This document shows positions 39,374 to 50,516 of a DNA stretch of 64,000 nucleotides, in pieces. Origin of the DNA: Adineta vaga (Eukaryota; Animalia; Rotifera); assembly GCA_021613535.1 (NCBI GenBank), contig CP075493.1, positions 8,494,001 to 8,558,000 of the forward strand, read 5' to 3'. A program made the translations under genes and the position numbers. The notes under the pieces were generated by a model, which was not told the origin of the DNA, ran no database searches, and saw only the letters and a list, made by a program, of their open reading frames with translations. Within the stretch, counting starts at the first letter, position 1; each line of letters begins with the position of its first letter.

Positions 39374-40928
39374 TTAACGAAGATGCATCATCACGAACTC
39401 TTCTTTTGTTTGATATCCATCCCATATACCTTTTGATTGCGTTGATTTTGGAATGTCTTTATACTTCACTGTCCAGCCAGTTATCGATGAACATGATATT
39501 GCTGAATCATTGATATCGGAATTTGAGGGAGAAGTCTTCTTTGAATTATCATCTCTACAAAGAAACGATTTACAAAATGAAATATTAACATGCACAGAAT
39601 TTATTTTACTGAAGAGTCGGAGTGATATCAGCCATGATTTCACGTCAGTATTGTAAAAATATAAAGAAAAAAAATCGACGAATAGAACGTGAGAGATTAA
39701 AGGATAAGTCAATCTTTGAGAACAGCTTTACCAAGTGATGAAGCAGGTTGCTATGATCAAATAAAACAACATTCATTCGAATAAAATGAGATGATTGCCA
39801 CTTACATTTTTCCAAGTTTTACGAACAGGTTTAGTTAAATGTTTCAATAATAGCATCCAAAAAGTAAAGAATGAATGTGTCTATCAAATGAGAATATTAA
39901 CATATGTTTCTTCTTTCGATATAAAATAAAATCAAGATGAATTCACAACGTTAAGAATAAGTTCAGCCAAATAGACATATCCTTTTCTTCTTTCACTATA
40001 TCTGATCATACCGCGAACGCGTGATACGATACAGTACAAAGATGTGATCGTATACATATAATCGTTCTCTTTATTTTCACAAAATTTTCATATACAACAA
40101 AAAAAGTACACAGATTATAATCGAATATTCTTTGAATTATCGATAGTAGATTGCACTGCCTTCTTTCCTATGAAATACAAAAGATATTAGATGATCGTAA
40201 TCAATTAGAGAATAGGGAAAGACATTTACCAATAACTATCCAATCGTTTTTTAAACAGTGGATCCATTTGACTGGTATCGAAATCTGCATCTATGCAAAA
40301 CATATGAAATCTACAGTTTTCTCCAACATTTCTACATACTTTGAAAAGTATTCGATTTTGTTAGCGAATCATTATGTTCTGTTGTAGTTGCTAATATACT
40401 TCTATCATTAACATCACTTTTTAATGCACTTAAACCAGTTTCATACGCATCGACAAATTTCGTGATCTAGAAGAAAAACATTAAATTAATAAATACAAGT
40501 TTTTATTTGATTATTGATTTTTTACTTGTTCATAATTTTGTTTTGCGAGTTTTTTTCTTTTTGCTTCGATTTTATTATATTTATATTGTAATCTTTCCAA
40601 TGTATCTAATTCTTTCTCTACTTCTTGTCGATCATATTGGTTTCCAGATTTTCGTAATTCTTCAAGAGCAGTATAACGTTGTTCTAATTCAATTTCTAAT
40701 TCTAAAAATTAATCAATCGAATTTATTCAAAGATACAATCTTTTTCGTTATTTACGTTTTAGTAAAAGATCATCAGCTTCGATTTCTTTTAAATTTTGTT
40801 CAGTTGTTGGCTGGATATGTTTCGAAAAACCTTGTAAAGAAGAAATCATATTTTAGCTTTTCCGAATGAAATAAAAACGAGATTTTCATACTTTCGTTCA
40901 TACATGTCACATACAGAAACGAATCCAT
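39374..40928 (-). CDS. Multi-exon hypothetical coiled-coil protein (may be two genes)
   Basis: ATG 40928 and several short exons with canonical sites give ELEQRYTALEELRKSGNQYDRQEVEKELDTLERLQ... One path stops near 40138 (WKEGSAIYYR*). Further exon-like segments continue to 39374, and I could not fully resolve their phases. Confidence 0.45.
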
Positions 40929-40978
40929 TTATATCTAAATAATAGAGAAAGAAAAAGATTGGAGAATGGGTAAAAAAC

Positions 40979-40995
40979 GAACGAACCAATTAGAA
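40979..40995 (+). promoter_or_regulatory. Extended CCAAT motif in orphan/PSMA3 bidirectional promoter
   Basis: GAACGAACCAATTAGAA lies in a ~115-nt gap between divergent start codons. It shares ACCAATTAGAA with 45394-45404. Confidence 0.45.
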
Positions 40996-41044
40996 TCTAG
41001 TCTATATTGTTTCTTTACTCATTTGAATTCAAAAAGACAAAGCG

Positions 41045-42236
41045 ATGTCATCAATCGGTTCTGGAGTATGTTTCAATGCTTTCTTACATATGAAATAAAA
41101 TAATCTTTGTTTAATTAGTATGATTTAAGTGCCTCACAATTTTCTCCTGATGGTCGTGTTTTTCAAGTTGAATATGCGAATAAAGCTGTCGAAGCAAGTG
41201 GAACGATAGTTGCATTGCGATGCAAAGATGGTGTTGCATTTGCTATTGAAAAAATTGTCACTTCACGTCTATATGAATCTGGTTCGAGTAAACGTATTCA
41301 TAATGTTGATAAACATATTGGAATGGTATGTAAAACAAACAAAGAATTACCGATGAAAGTTCATTTAATTCTATATTCTAGGCTGTTGCTGGCCTTCTTG
41401 CTGATGCGCGACAACTTTTAAGTGTTGCTCGTGATGAAGCAAAAAAATATAAATATGATTACGGAGTATCCATTCCTGTGAAAGTAAGTGATACTTTTCT
41501 AATGGAATCTTGTAATTGGTTTGATGTAGTATTTGGCAGATCGTCTTGCTATGTATATGCATGCTTATACATTGTATGGATTTGTTCGACCATTCGGCTG
41601 TTTTATTCTCTTAGCAGCATATGAAAGTGATGGTGCACAATTATATGGTGTAGAACCATCCGGTGTTACTTATGTGAGTAGACTTGTTTTTGAAGAGTAA
41701 GTTTAAAAAGATGATCATGTTACGGTTTAGAATTATTTTGGTATTGCAGTTGGTAAAGCACAACAAACAGCAAAGACTGAAATAGAAAAATTGAAGGTAA
41801 AATTTATTGATATTTGCAAAAAATGACAATTGTATCGTTTGATCTATGATAATTTAGTTAACCGATTTAAAATTGGAAGATGGCATTAAAGAAGCAGCAA
41901 AAATGTAAGTATATATTAGTTTCATATTCCAGTTAACATGAATTGTTTTTGTTCTAGTATCTATCAAGTTCATGACGAAGTTAAAGATCGAATGTTTGAA
42001 TTAGAATTAAGTTGGGTGGGACAAGGTTAGTTAAATGAAGTAAAAGAAATGATTTGGTAATATTTTTCCATTTAGTTAATGATGGAAAACATGAACGAGT
42101 ACCAACAGATGTCTTTGAAGATGCTGAAAAATATGCTAAAGTAAAAATACATTGTATGTTGTTTGCAATAATATATTATTTTGTTTATATTTAGGCATCG
42201 TTGGAAGAAGCAGATGATGATGATGATGAAATGTAG
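41045..42236 (+). CDS. PSMA3: Proteasome subunit alpha type-3 (alpha7)
   Basis: MSSIGSG|[48 protein letters not shown] and an acidic tail [10 protein letters not shown]. Confidence 0.97.
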
Positions 42237-42738
42237 ACAAATCTATCGTTGATCTTTCATTTTCATTTGTTATTTCTTTTATCCAACTAAGACGACTACA
42301 ATCATCCTAGATGATACATTGTCGTTTTTTTTAATCAAGATTATAAAGAACAAAGTTTTATACATTTACTGATAAATAATTAAAATAACCAGAAAAAAAA
42401 AGATTTTCATTTAATATATATATTGAAGTTACTGATATTGAAATTAAAAATGATTGAAATGTAGGATTACTCAACTTAGATGCTATTTTTTGTATCAATT
42501 TCACTGATTCAATCAACTGATATTGAATTACATAGTTGTTGCTCTTTTCTCTCTCTCTATATTCACATATGGTGCAGTATGTGTGCAGATTATAATCTAA
42601 AGGCAGAGTGATAAGCACCATAAAGAAAGAGAACCACAAAATAGTGTAGATTTCTTTTCTCTTGCTTACATTCATCAATATATAAGACTGCATCGGACAA
42701 TTGAAAGAGAAAAAAAACAATCTGTTTTTACTAGCAGA

Positions 42739-44437
42739 ATGGAACATTCAACATTGGATGGTTTGCTAGAACAAGCATCTAAAAAATTACACGAATCTGT
42801 TGATGATATTCATTCGTTGAATCAATGGAAAATTCAAATGTTTTGTTTAATTAATGAAATTTCTAACCTAAAATTATCTTCTTCATCGGCGATAACAATC
42901 AACAATCAAAAAAATACTACATCTCTCGATCCTAAGGATTGGTTATTAGCAAGTAATATTGCACATCGAACATTAGATTCAATTATTAGTGCCATTCAAA
43001 CAAGATACGATCAGCCAGTGTGGCAACCAGTTCCAATGGATGTTCGATCAATTATCAATGATGAATCACTTCCTGAACAAGGTCAAACATTATCGAATGT
43101 ATGTCAAGAAATATCCAAATATATTCTACCCTATGCTAGAGGAAATACACATCCACGTTTTTGGGGATGGGCAATGGGTGAAGGTACATTCGGTGGTGTA
43201 CTTGCCGATATGTTTGCAGCAACAATGAATATAAATGCTGGTGGATGTAGTCATAGTGCAGTTCTTGTTGAACGAAAAATTATTCATTGGATGCGACAAT
43301 TGTTTGGTTTTCCAAAAGCAGAACATGGTGGAATAGTTGTTAGTGGAACATCGATGGCTACAGTTATTGCTTTAGCAACAGCACGTCGTCGATTTTTGAC
43401 GACTGTCCGTGAAGATGGTATCATCGGTGGACCACGTCTAATAGTTTATGCATCGACAGAAGTACATATGTGTGTTACTAAAGCATTAGAAATACTAGGA
43501 TCGGGATCAAAAGCAATACATTCCATATCAGTCGATAGTAATTTTCGTATGAATATCGATGAATTAAAGACAACTATCGATAATGATCGAAAGAATGGTT
43601 TCATTCCATTTTGTATTATTGGAAATGCAGGTATGATATATTATTAAACTTCTCATTACTATCTTTCAAATCATATTAGGAACAGTTAATACTGGTGCTT
43701 TTGATAATCTTATGGAACTTGCATCGATTGCTCATGCACAAAATCTATGGTTTCATGTCGATGGTGCTTTTGGTAGTCTAGTTGTACTTGATCCACAACG
43801 TCGTCATTTAGTATGTGGTATTGAACAAGCCGATTCATTGGCATTTGATTTTCATAAATGGCTCCATTGTCCGTACGATGCTGGTTGCGTTTTGATTCGT
43901 GATGGAAATGATCTTATTTCAACATTCTCCGTACATCAATCATATCTAGCAAATACAGAACGTGGTTGTGCAGGTGACAAGCCATGGTTTTGTGATTTAG
44001 GAACTGAATTATCACGTACGTTTCGTGCATTAAAAGTGTGGTTCACCTTGAAAGAACATGGTACAATAAAATTAGGTCAAAAGATTGCTGAGAATTGTGA
44101 ACAAGCACAATATTTAGCATCATTATTAGAAAAATCTGCATCTTTCATCCGAGTTATTCGACCAGTAACATTGAACATCGTTAATTTTCGAGTTGAACCC
44201 GAAGAATTCGATCGTTCAAATAAGACTTTAATTGATAATTTTAACAATGAACTTCTTAATGATATTCAAATATCTGGTATTGCAGTAGCATCAACAACAC
44301 GTATCCATGGTCAACTTTTCATTCGTGTTTGTATTATTAGTCATCGTTGTACTCTTGAAGATTTCGACATATTTGTGAACAGTCTTCTTACATTATCTGA
44401 TATTCGTCTTCAAAATTTAAATCAATCAATAAACTGA
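42739..44437 (+). CDS. PLP-dependent group II amino-acid decarboxylase, bacterial/fungal-type (549 aa, one 49-nt intron 43631-43679)
   Basis: Motifs GNTHPRFWGW, VSGTSMAT, YASTEVH, AG|TVNTGAFD, WFHVDGAFG, ADSLAFDFHKW (PLP lysine) and ELSRTFRALKVW. Confidence 0.92.
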
Positions 44438-44814
44438 TTATTTTTTAATAGAATGAATTTTATTTCTTTGGTTGATCTAAAATAAATGATAAAGAGAATA
44501 TATTTTATAACCCACTCATATCTTTAAATCGAGAAGTTATCATTCGCAATTTAAATCTTTATTCACATCAAAACAATATCTAAACTTTGCAACTTTTATA
44601 TTTTTACATTTGAGCAGCAGAAGATGAAAAACTCGTCAAGATTTTAGTTTTATCGAGAGGATACTTTAAAGTTCCAGAGAATTTCGTCATTTAAAACAGA
44701 TTTTTCAATTACATAACAAATCATTATTCATTTTCTGTATTATATATGTATATATGAGACAAAATAAACAATCTATCTGACATTAGAAAAACAAAGAAAA
44801 ACATAATGAAAGTG

Positions 44815-45303
44815 TTAACTTCTTGAACGATGTCTTCGTTTTGTTTTCTTCTTATGTTCTTCCTTTCTTTTTCTTTTTCGATCATGTTTTGAATGTTTTT
44901 TCTTTTTTTTCTCATTCTCACTGCTTCTACTACTGTTGTTGCTACTTGTCGATTCTCTTCGTTTAGATTTGTTGATTTGTTTTTCATAATCTTTTGGATA
45001 CCGTTGCATAAAAAGCGCATGATCCCATCGATCAGCATTGACACCAAGATTAGTTGGTAATGGGGGACCAAATTCAGCTTCTATTTGATGATTATTAATT
45101 ACTTGTTCTTTTCTTTCATCGACGTATGAAGATGATGATCGACGTTTATGTGTTTTTCGACGAGGTGATCGTGATCGATCTCGTCGTTGAGAATGATCTT
45201 TCTGTTGTTCATGTTGACGCCACATTGTCTCTTCTTCTGTAAGACGATTATGAAAAGTAACATGATTAATTGATCTTTGAAGAAATCGATGACGAGATGC
45301 CAT
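44815..45303 (-). CDS. NKAPD1: NKAP domain-containing 1 (C11orf57)-like protein
   Basis: FLQRSINHVTFHNRLTEEETMW and DRWDHALFMQRYPKDY match the two conserved NKAPD1 blocks as I recall them. Lys/Arg/Ser-rich tail. The start is at 45303 or 45342. Confidence 0.75.
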   Translation of the reverse strand: MASRHRFLQRSINHVTFHNRLTEEETMWRQHEQQKDHSQRRDRSRSPRRKTHKRRSSSSYVDERKEQVINNHQIEAEFGPPLPTNLGVNADRWDHALFMQRYPKDYEKQINKSKRRESTSSNNSSRSSENEKKKKKHSKHDRKRKRKEEHKKKTKRRHRSRS

Positions 45304-45581
45304 TTCGTTGTGCTCTATTAATGAATCGTTTCTGTTTACCATTATTTCACAAGCAAACTATATGATGAAAAATTTCGATGGTTTATCGAATTGACCAATT
45401 AGAAAGCAGTAAACAATCGACATTCCATTGCATTTGATAGATTAATATTAATATTTTTCTTTTGATCTGTTTATTTCCTGATTCATTTATTAAAAATATT
45501 TCAAATATTTAGATGTTCTATCGTGGTTATTATCGTGCACTATTGGATTAGAGCATCCAGTTTAATTATTTACTGATCAAC

Positions 45582-47051
45582 ATGAATCCACCGAGTGATG
45601 ATAATTCTCCAACAGTGCAAAAACCACTGATGACAGTGACAGAAAAAGATGCTTATAAAGAAAAAATCATCGCATTCGTCAATCCAAAATCGTATGAAAA
45701 GGCTCCGTTATTTTTTTGAGAACAAAATAAATTATTGAAGAACTCTTTGTTTAGCGGTGGTTTACAAGGTCAAGTTGTCTTCGAACAATTGAGAATTCAA
45801 ATAGGCGAAGAGAATGTTTATGACCTCGTTAAAGATCATGGTCCACAAAGAGGTCTAAAAGAAAATCAATATCAGAAAAATTTGAGAATTATTGGTTCGT
45901 ATTCTCTTTTGTCTTTCGTTTTCAGCAATACATATATGTAGATGACATTTCTTTTTTGCAGCATGTGGTGGAGATGGAACAGTTGGCTGGGTTTTATCAG
46001 CACTTGATGTTTCACAAATGCAATATATAGATTTTGTTAGTGTCGGTGTCATTCCATTGGGAACGGGAAATGATATGGCGAGATTTCTTGGTTTGGGCGT
46101 TGGATATCGTGGTGAATCATTAGCACCCGCTATTCAATCATTAGCCAGTTCAGAAACACGTCTACTTGATCGTTGGCAAATTGATGTTCAACCTACGGCA
46201 CATACAGGAATAGCCAGTTTAAAAGTTAGTTCGAAATTCTAAAACAAATCTTATAACAAAATAATTATATTGTAGATTCCACAACCTGTTTTCAATAATT
46301 ATTTAAGTTTTGGTGCTGATGCTCAGGTATAAAGTGTTTTCTTTCCTATTGCAATACAATTTTATAATCATTTTATTGATTTCGTATGAACTTCAAAAAT
46401 GTATATTGATCTTTTCATCTCGATTTAGATTGCTCTTGACTTTCATGAAAAACGAAATGCAAGTCCACGACGATATGCTAATCGAATTTTTAATAAATTA
46501 GCCTATGGCTGTATTAGTTGGTATGTTGATGTCTACATTCTTTTCTACATTCATTTTCTGTTAGTAATACATTTTTTGATCGTCAATATTTATTTGGTAA
46601 TATTGCTAATTTCTTCGAACTTCATGTCGATGGAAGAAATATGGATGAAGATTTATTTCGTTTTCGGCCGGATGCTATACTTATATTAAATATTGCATCC
46701 TATGCAGCCGGAACAAATCCTTGGCAAGGAGCTTATGATAATCTTTGGTGTGCACAATCACAATCGGACGATGATCGATTTCGTGAACAAAGTTGTTCCG
46801 ATGGATATTTAGAAATCATTGGTTTTAAACATTTCGAATTAGCACGTATTCGACTTGGACGACGTGGTCATCGAATTGCACAAGGAAACGAAATTAAATT
46901 AACAATTCGCCGAGATTTACCTATGGAAATCGATGGTGAACCATTCTTACTTGGTCCTTGTCAGATTACAATTACACGAAAAAATCAAGCTCGAATGATT
47001 ATTACTGAAAGAAGTCAAGCGGCTCAACAAATTCAATCGAAACGTGTTTAA
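45582..47051 (+). CDS. Diacylglycerol kinase, catalytic + accessory domains only
   Basis: IAFVNPKS|GGLQG, ACGGDGTVGWVL, PLGTGNDMAR, LDRW, FNNYLSFGADA, LNIASYAAG, DGYLEIIG and PMEIDGEPF. Confidence 0.92.
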
Positions 47052-47873
47052 ATTCATGCAGAAAAAAAGACACGTATGTTTTTCTTACGTAAACCTAGTC
47101 ATCACATGTAACGAATGAAAAGAAAACAAAGCATATGAACTTAGATAAATATATTCTCTCCTACGATATCCTATTAATCTTTAACTCACGTCTTTATGCT
47201 TATTACTTGTTTCTTTTTTGTATCTTATATTTGTACGTGTGTGATCTGTTACACATTCGGATTATTTCTATTTGTTCCGCTTTTTTTTCATAGATTTTGT
47301 GCTTGAGAATTGAATGCTTTTTTTTCATAAAAATGAAAACTTAGGAATGTTTGTGAACAATGTGTGGTTGTCAAACATAATATTTAATTTTTTTTATCAA
47401 TAAACTGTACTCGAATGATTATTAATACAGCTAACAGCTATAATAGAAGGACATACGATGATCATATGTTTACCTTTTGTTCGTATAGAACCTCTCATGA
47501 ATAATTAATATGTAGAGAAAAGGTTTGATCAACCGTTCATGTTGATTGTTCAATCTTGAAGAGATGATGAACTTCAGATGCCTCTGTATAATTCGGATCA
47601 AAAAGTGCTTATTGTCATCTATATTTGTGACGTTTCCTTTTTCGAAATATTGCTGGTTACTGTATATTTGAAGCTAAACATTTAATATTACGTTACTTCT
47701 AATTTTTCGAATATACGAACACTTTGAAGATGTGACTGTCTGGGGCTTTTTGCTAGTACTTCGTATTTTGATACGTTATTTTATATAACTATGTGTGAAA
47801 GTTTATTGCTGTGAAAAGAAAATAGAACTCTACCATAAAAATAAATGTTTTATCCTTATTTATCGAATTGAAA

Positions 47874-49311
47874 TTATTCTGCACGAAGAACTATCACTTC
47901 ATTGGAATCATACATCGAAACGGCAATATCAGCGCGTGATAAATTCACAAATTTTACTCCAACTAATTGATTATTTTCAATTTGATAATTACATTCATGT
48001 GAAATCTAAATCAATAGGCATAAATTTTTTTTCTCAAAATTAATCTATTTTACTTGTAAATCGTCTGCATCACCGGATAATTTCCAAATTCTAACATAAC
48101 AATCATCGCTAACGGAAGCAACTAATCCTTCATCATTACAATCAATAGCATTGATGCATCTGGAATGTGCAGCAATTGAACCAACAATTTGTGCTAATGA
48201 ATATTTTCAATGATAAGAAATATTATTCTACTTCTTTTTTACTAACCGTTCTCAACATCAAACAATCGAATCATACCATTAGCATAACCTGCTATAATAC
48301 AATTTTTCCACATTGATAATGTCGTGATACCTTCATGCTCATTCGGTTGAATATTATTGACTTGAGACATAGTACTAACATTCCATATTATGATCATTCC
48401 GATTGTATCACTAGAAACTAAATATTCATCATTTGAAACTAAACCAGTAATACCATGTTGATGACCTATCAAAAATTGAGTTTGTAATCTTGAAGTAACA
48501 AAGAAATACTGCATTTTACCTGTAAGAGTTTCTTTTAAAAGAATATTTGTTCCCTTTTGAGGAACATTGAAGACAAGAATTTCACCATTATGATTCCCTA
48601 GACGAGAAAAAACCGAAGATGAGAACTATAGTGATTATAACCTATGCTTACCAACACAGAGTAAATTTTGACCAACACCTACGATACCACGAGAGTACAC
48701 GGAAGCTTCTAAAGACAACTTTGAACATAGATATTTCATTCAATTGAGTATTAATTTACCTGTTCGTCCTGCCGGTGTTTTATCAAGCATATGTATATAA
48801 ATATTTGATGTTCCATCGGGATCATAAACCTACAATTCCGATTAATTTTCTACAAAGGTTGCACTTTCAAATCACTTACTTGAATACTTTTTGTACAAGC
48901 CAAAACAAGCATATTTCGAACAGGTAAACTAACAAATGCTGCCTATATAGAATATTAAGAGATTAGCCATTATACTAATCTTATCTTACTTGTACAACAT
49001 GAGCAATAAATCGAGCGTCATTTTCTGATGCAGGTGCATTATTGCTTCCTATCGCTCGAGCTATAACTTGACCATGAATTTGTTTCTTTCCATCTTCAGA
49101 AACAGTTGCCTAAAGAATATAATTGATTGTGAATATTCATTCAATCAAATTGAAAAATATTTACCATAGCAAAACCACTTTTATGTGAAACACCAAATAT
49201 CGCCATGCGAGATGATTTTAAAGAACGTTGAACAGTGAGATTATTTGGAAAATGAGAAGCACTCCATTTAACTAAAATTGGTTGAGACGAATTCGTATAT
49301 GAAATGGGCAT
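47874..49311 (-). CDS. WDR54: WD repeat-containing protein 54-like
   Basis: N-terminal SASHFPNNLTV...FGVSHK. WD repeats AGYANGMIRLFD and AAHSRCINAIDC...ASVSDDCYVRIWKL. C-terminal VGVKF...IAVSMYDSNEV matches the WDR54 pattern. Confidence 0.8.
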
Positions 49312-50048
49312 TTTTTAGAATTGATTTATCTGAAATAAGTCAAGATTATGGTATTTATATGAAGTAACGATGCTCAACAGCTGATTTTTTCATTCTAAAT
49401 GTTCATAGAATCCTGTTTTGTATAGATTTGTTTTTCCTAAACATGCGTTGAATGTAAACTTAACTAAGTTTGTAAACACGAACAGCCATAGTTTATAAAT
49501 TTATAATCCTTTTCGATGTTTATGCATGAATACTTGCAGTTATTTATCAATTAATAATGAATAACTTGTTGTCATTCGGTGAGCAGGCCAATTAGTTAAT
49601 GTGCATGTCAAACTGCAATTTTATATGTAAAAAACTGTTATTTTATTTTGAAAAAAAAGTGACAGAACTCGATAATAATTATAGAAGAAGAAAAAAAATT
49701 TACATATTGCATTCTACCATTACTATTTATTACTCTATGGTAATACCTCCATGCTATCAAACTAACCACTAATGCACTTTAATAATGGAATTCTTTTTTT
49801 GTAAAATTAAGAATATTCAATGAAACAACTAATTTTCTTTAATCAACAATAGAGGAAAGATTTTGATCAATTGATTTATAGAAAAAATGTATGTTCATGT
49901 TTACTTGTTTATTTTTTCCACCTATCGTCATTTGTCCAGTGATTCCTTCCTTCACTCGTTTGAATTCCAATCCAAGTTTTTCTTTTAACGTTCTTATTTC
50001 ATCGAAATATTTTCTTAATTTTTAGATTTTTCAATATCTCCAAACGAC

Positions 50049-50516
50049 ATGTCGTCACCTTTAATTCAACCAGAAAAATTTCAACATATTCTTCGTGTAC
50101 TTAACACGAACATAGACGGTCGTCGAAAAGTTGGCTATGCCTTAACAGCTATCAAAGGTGTTGGTCGTCGTTTTGCTCATGTTGTCATTCGTAAGGCTGA
50201 CGTTGATGCAACCAAACGTGCTGGTGAATTAACTGAAGAAGAAGTTGAACGTGTTATCACCATTATTGCTAATCCAAGACAATATAAAATCCCTGATTGG
50301 TTTCTCAATCGTCAAAAAGATATCAAAGATGGCAAATATTCACAAGTTACATCCAACAATGTTGATACAAAAGTTCGTGAAGATTTAGAACGTATGAAGA
50401 AAATTCGTGTTCATCGTGGTCTTCGTCATTATTGGAACTTACGTGTCCGTGGTCAACATACAAAAACAACTGGCCGACGTGGTCGTACTGTCGGTGTCTC
50501 GAAAAAGAAAGCATAA
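50049..50516 (+). CDS. RPS18: 40S ribosomal protein S18 (uS13), intronless CDS
   Basis: [20 protein letters not shown]...[33 protein letters not shown]. Confidence 0.99.
   Translation: MSSPLIQPEKFQHILRVLNTNIDGRRKVGYALTAIKGVGRRFAHVVIRKADVDATKRAGELTEEEVERVITIIANPRQYKIPDWFLNRQKDIKDGKYSQVTSNNVDTKVREDLERMKKIRVHRGLRHYWNLRVRGQHTKTTGRRGRTVGVSKKKA

Noticed and set aside
47874-48006. Suspected frameshift in the last WDR54 exon
   Set aside because: Re-reading the bases (GGA GTA AAA TTT GTG AAT) shows the frame is intact.
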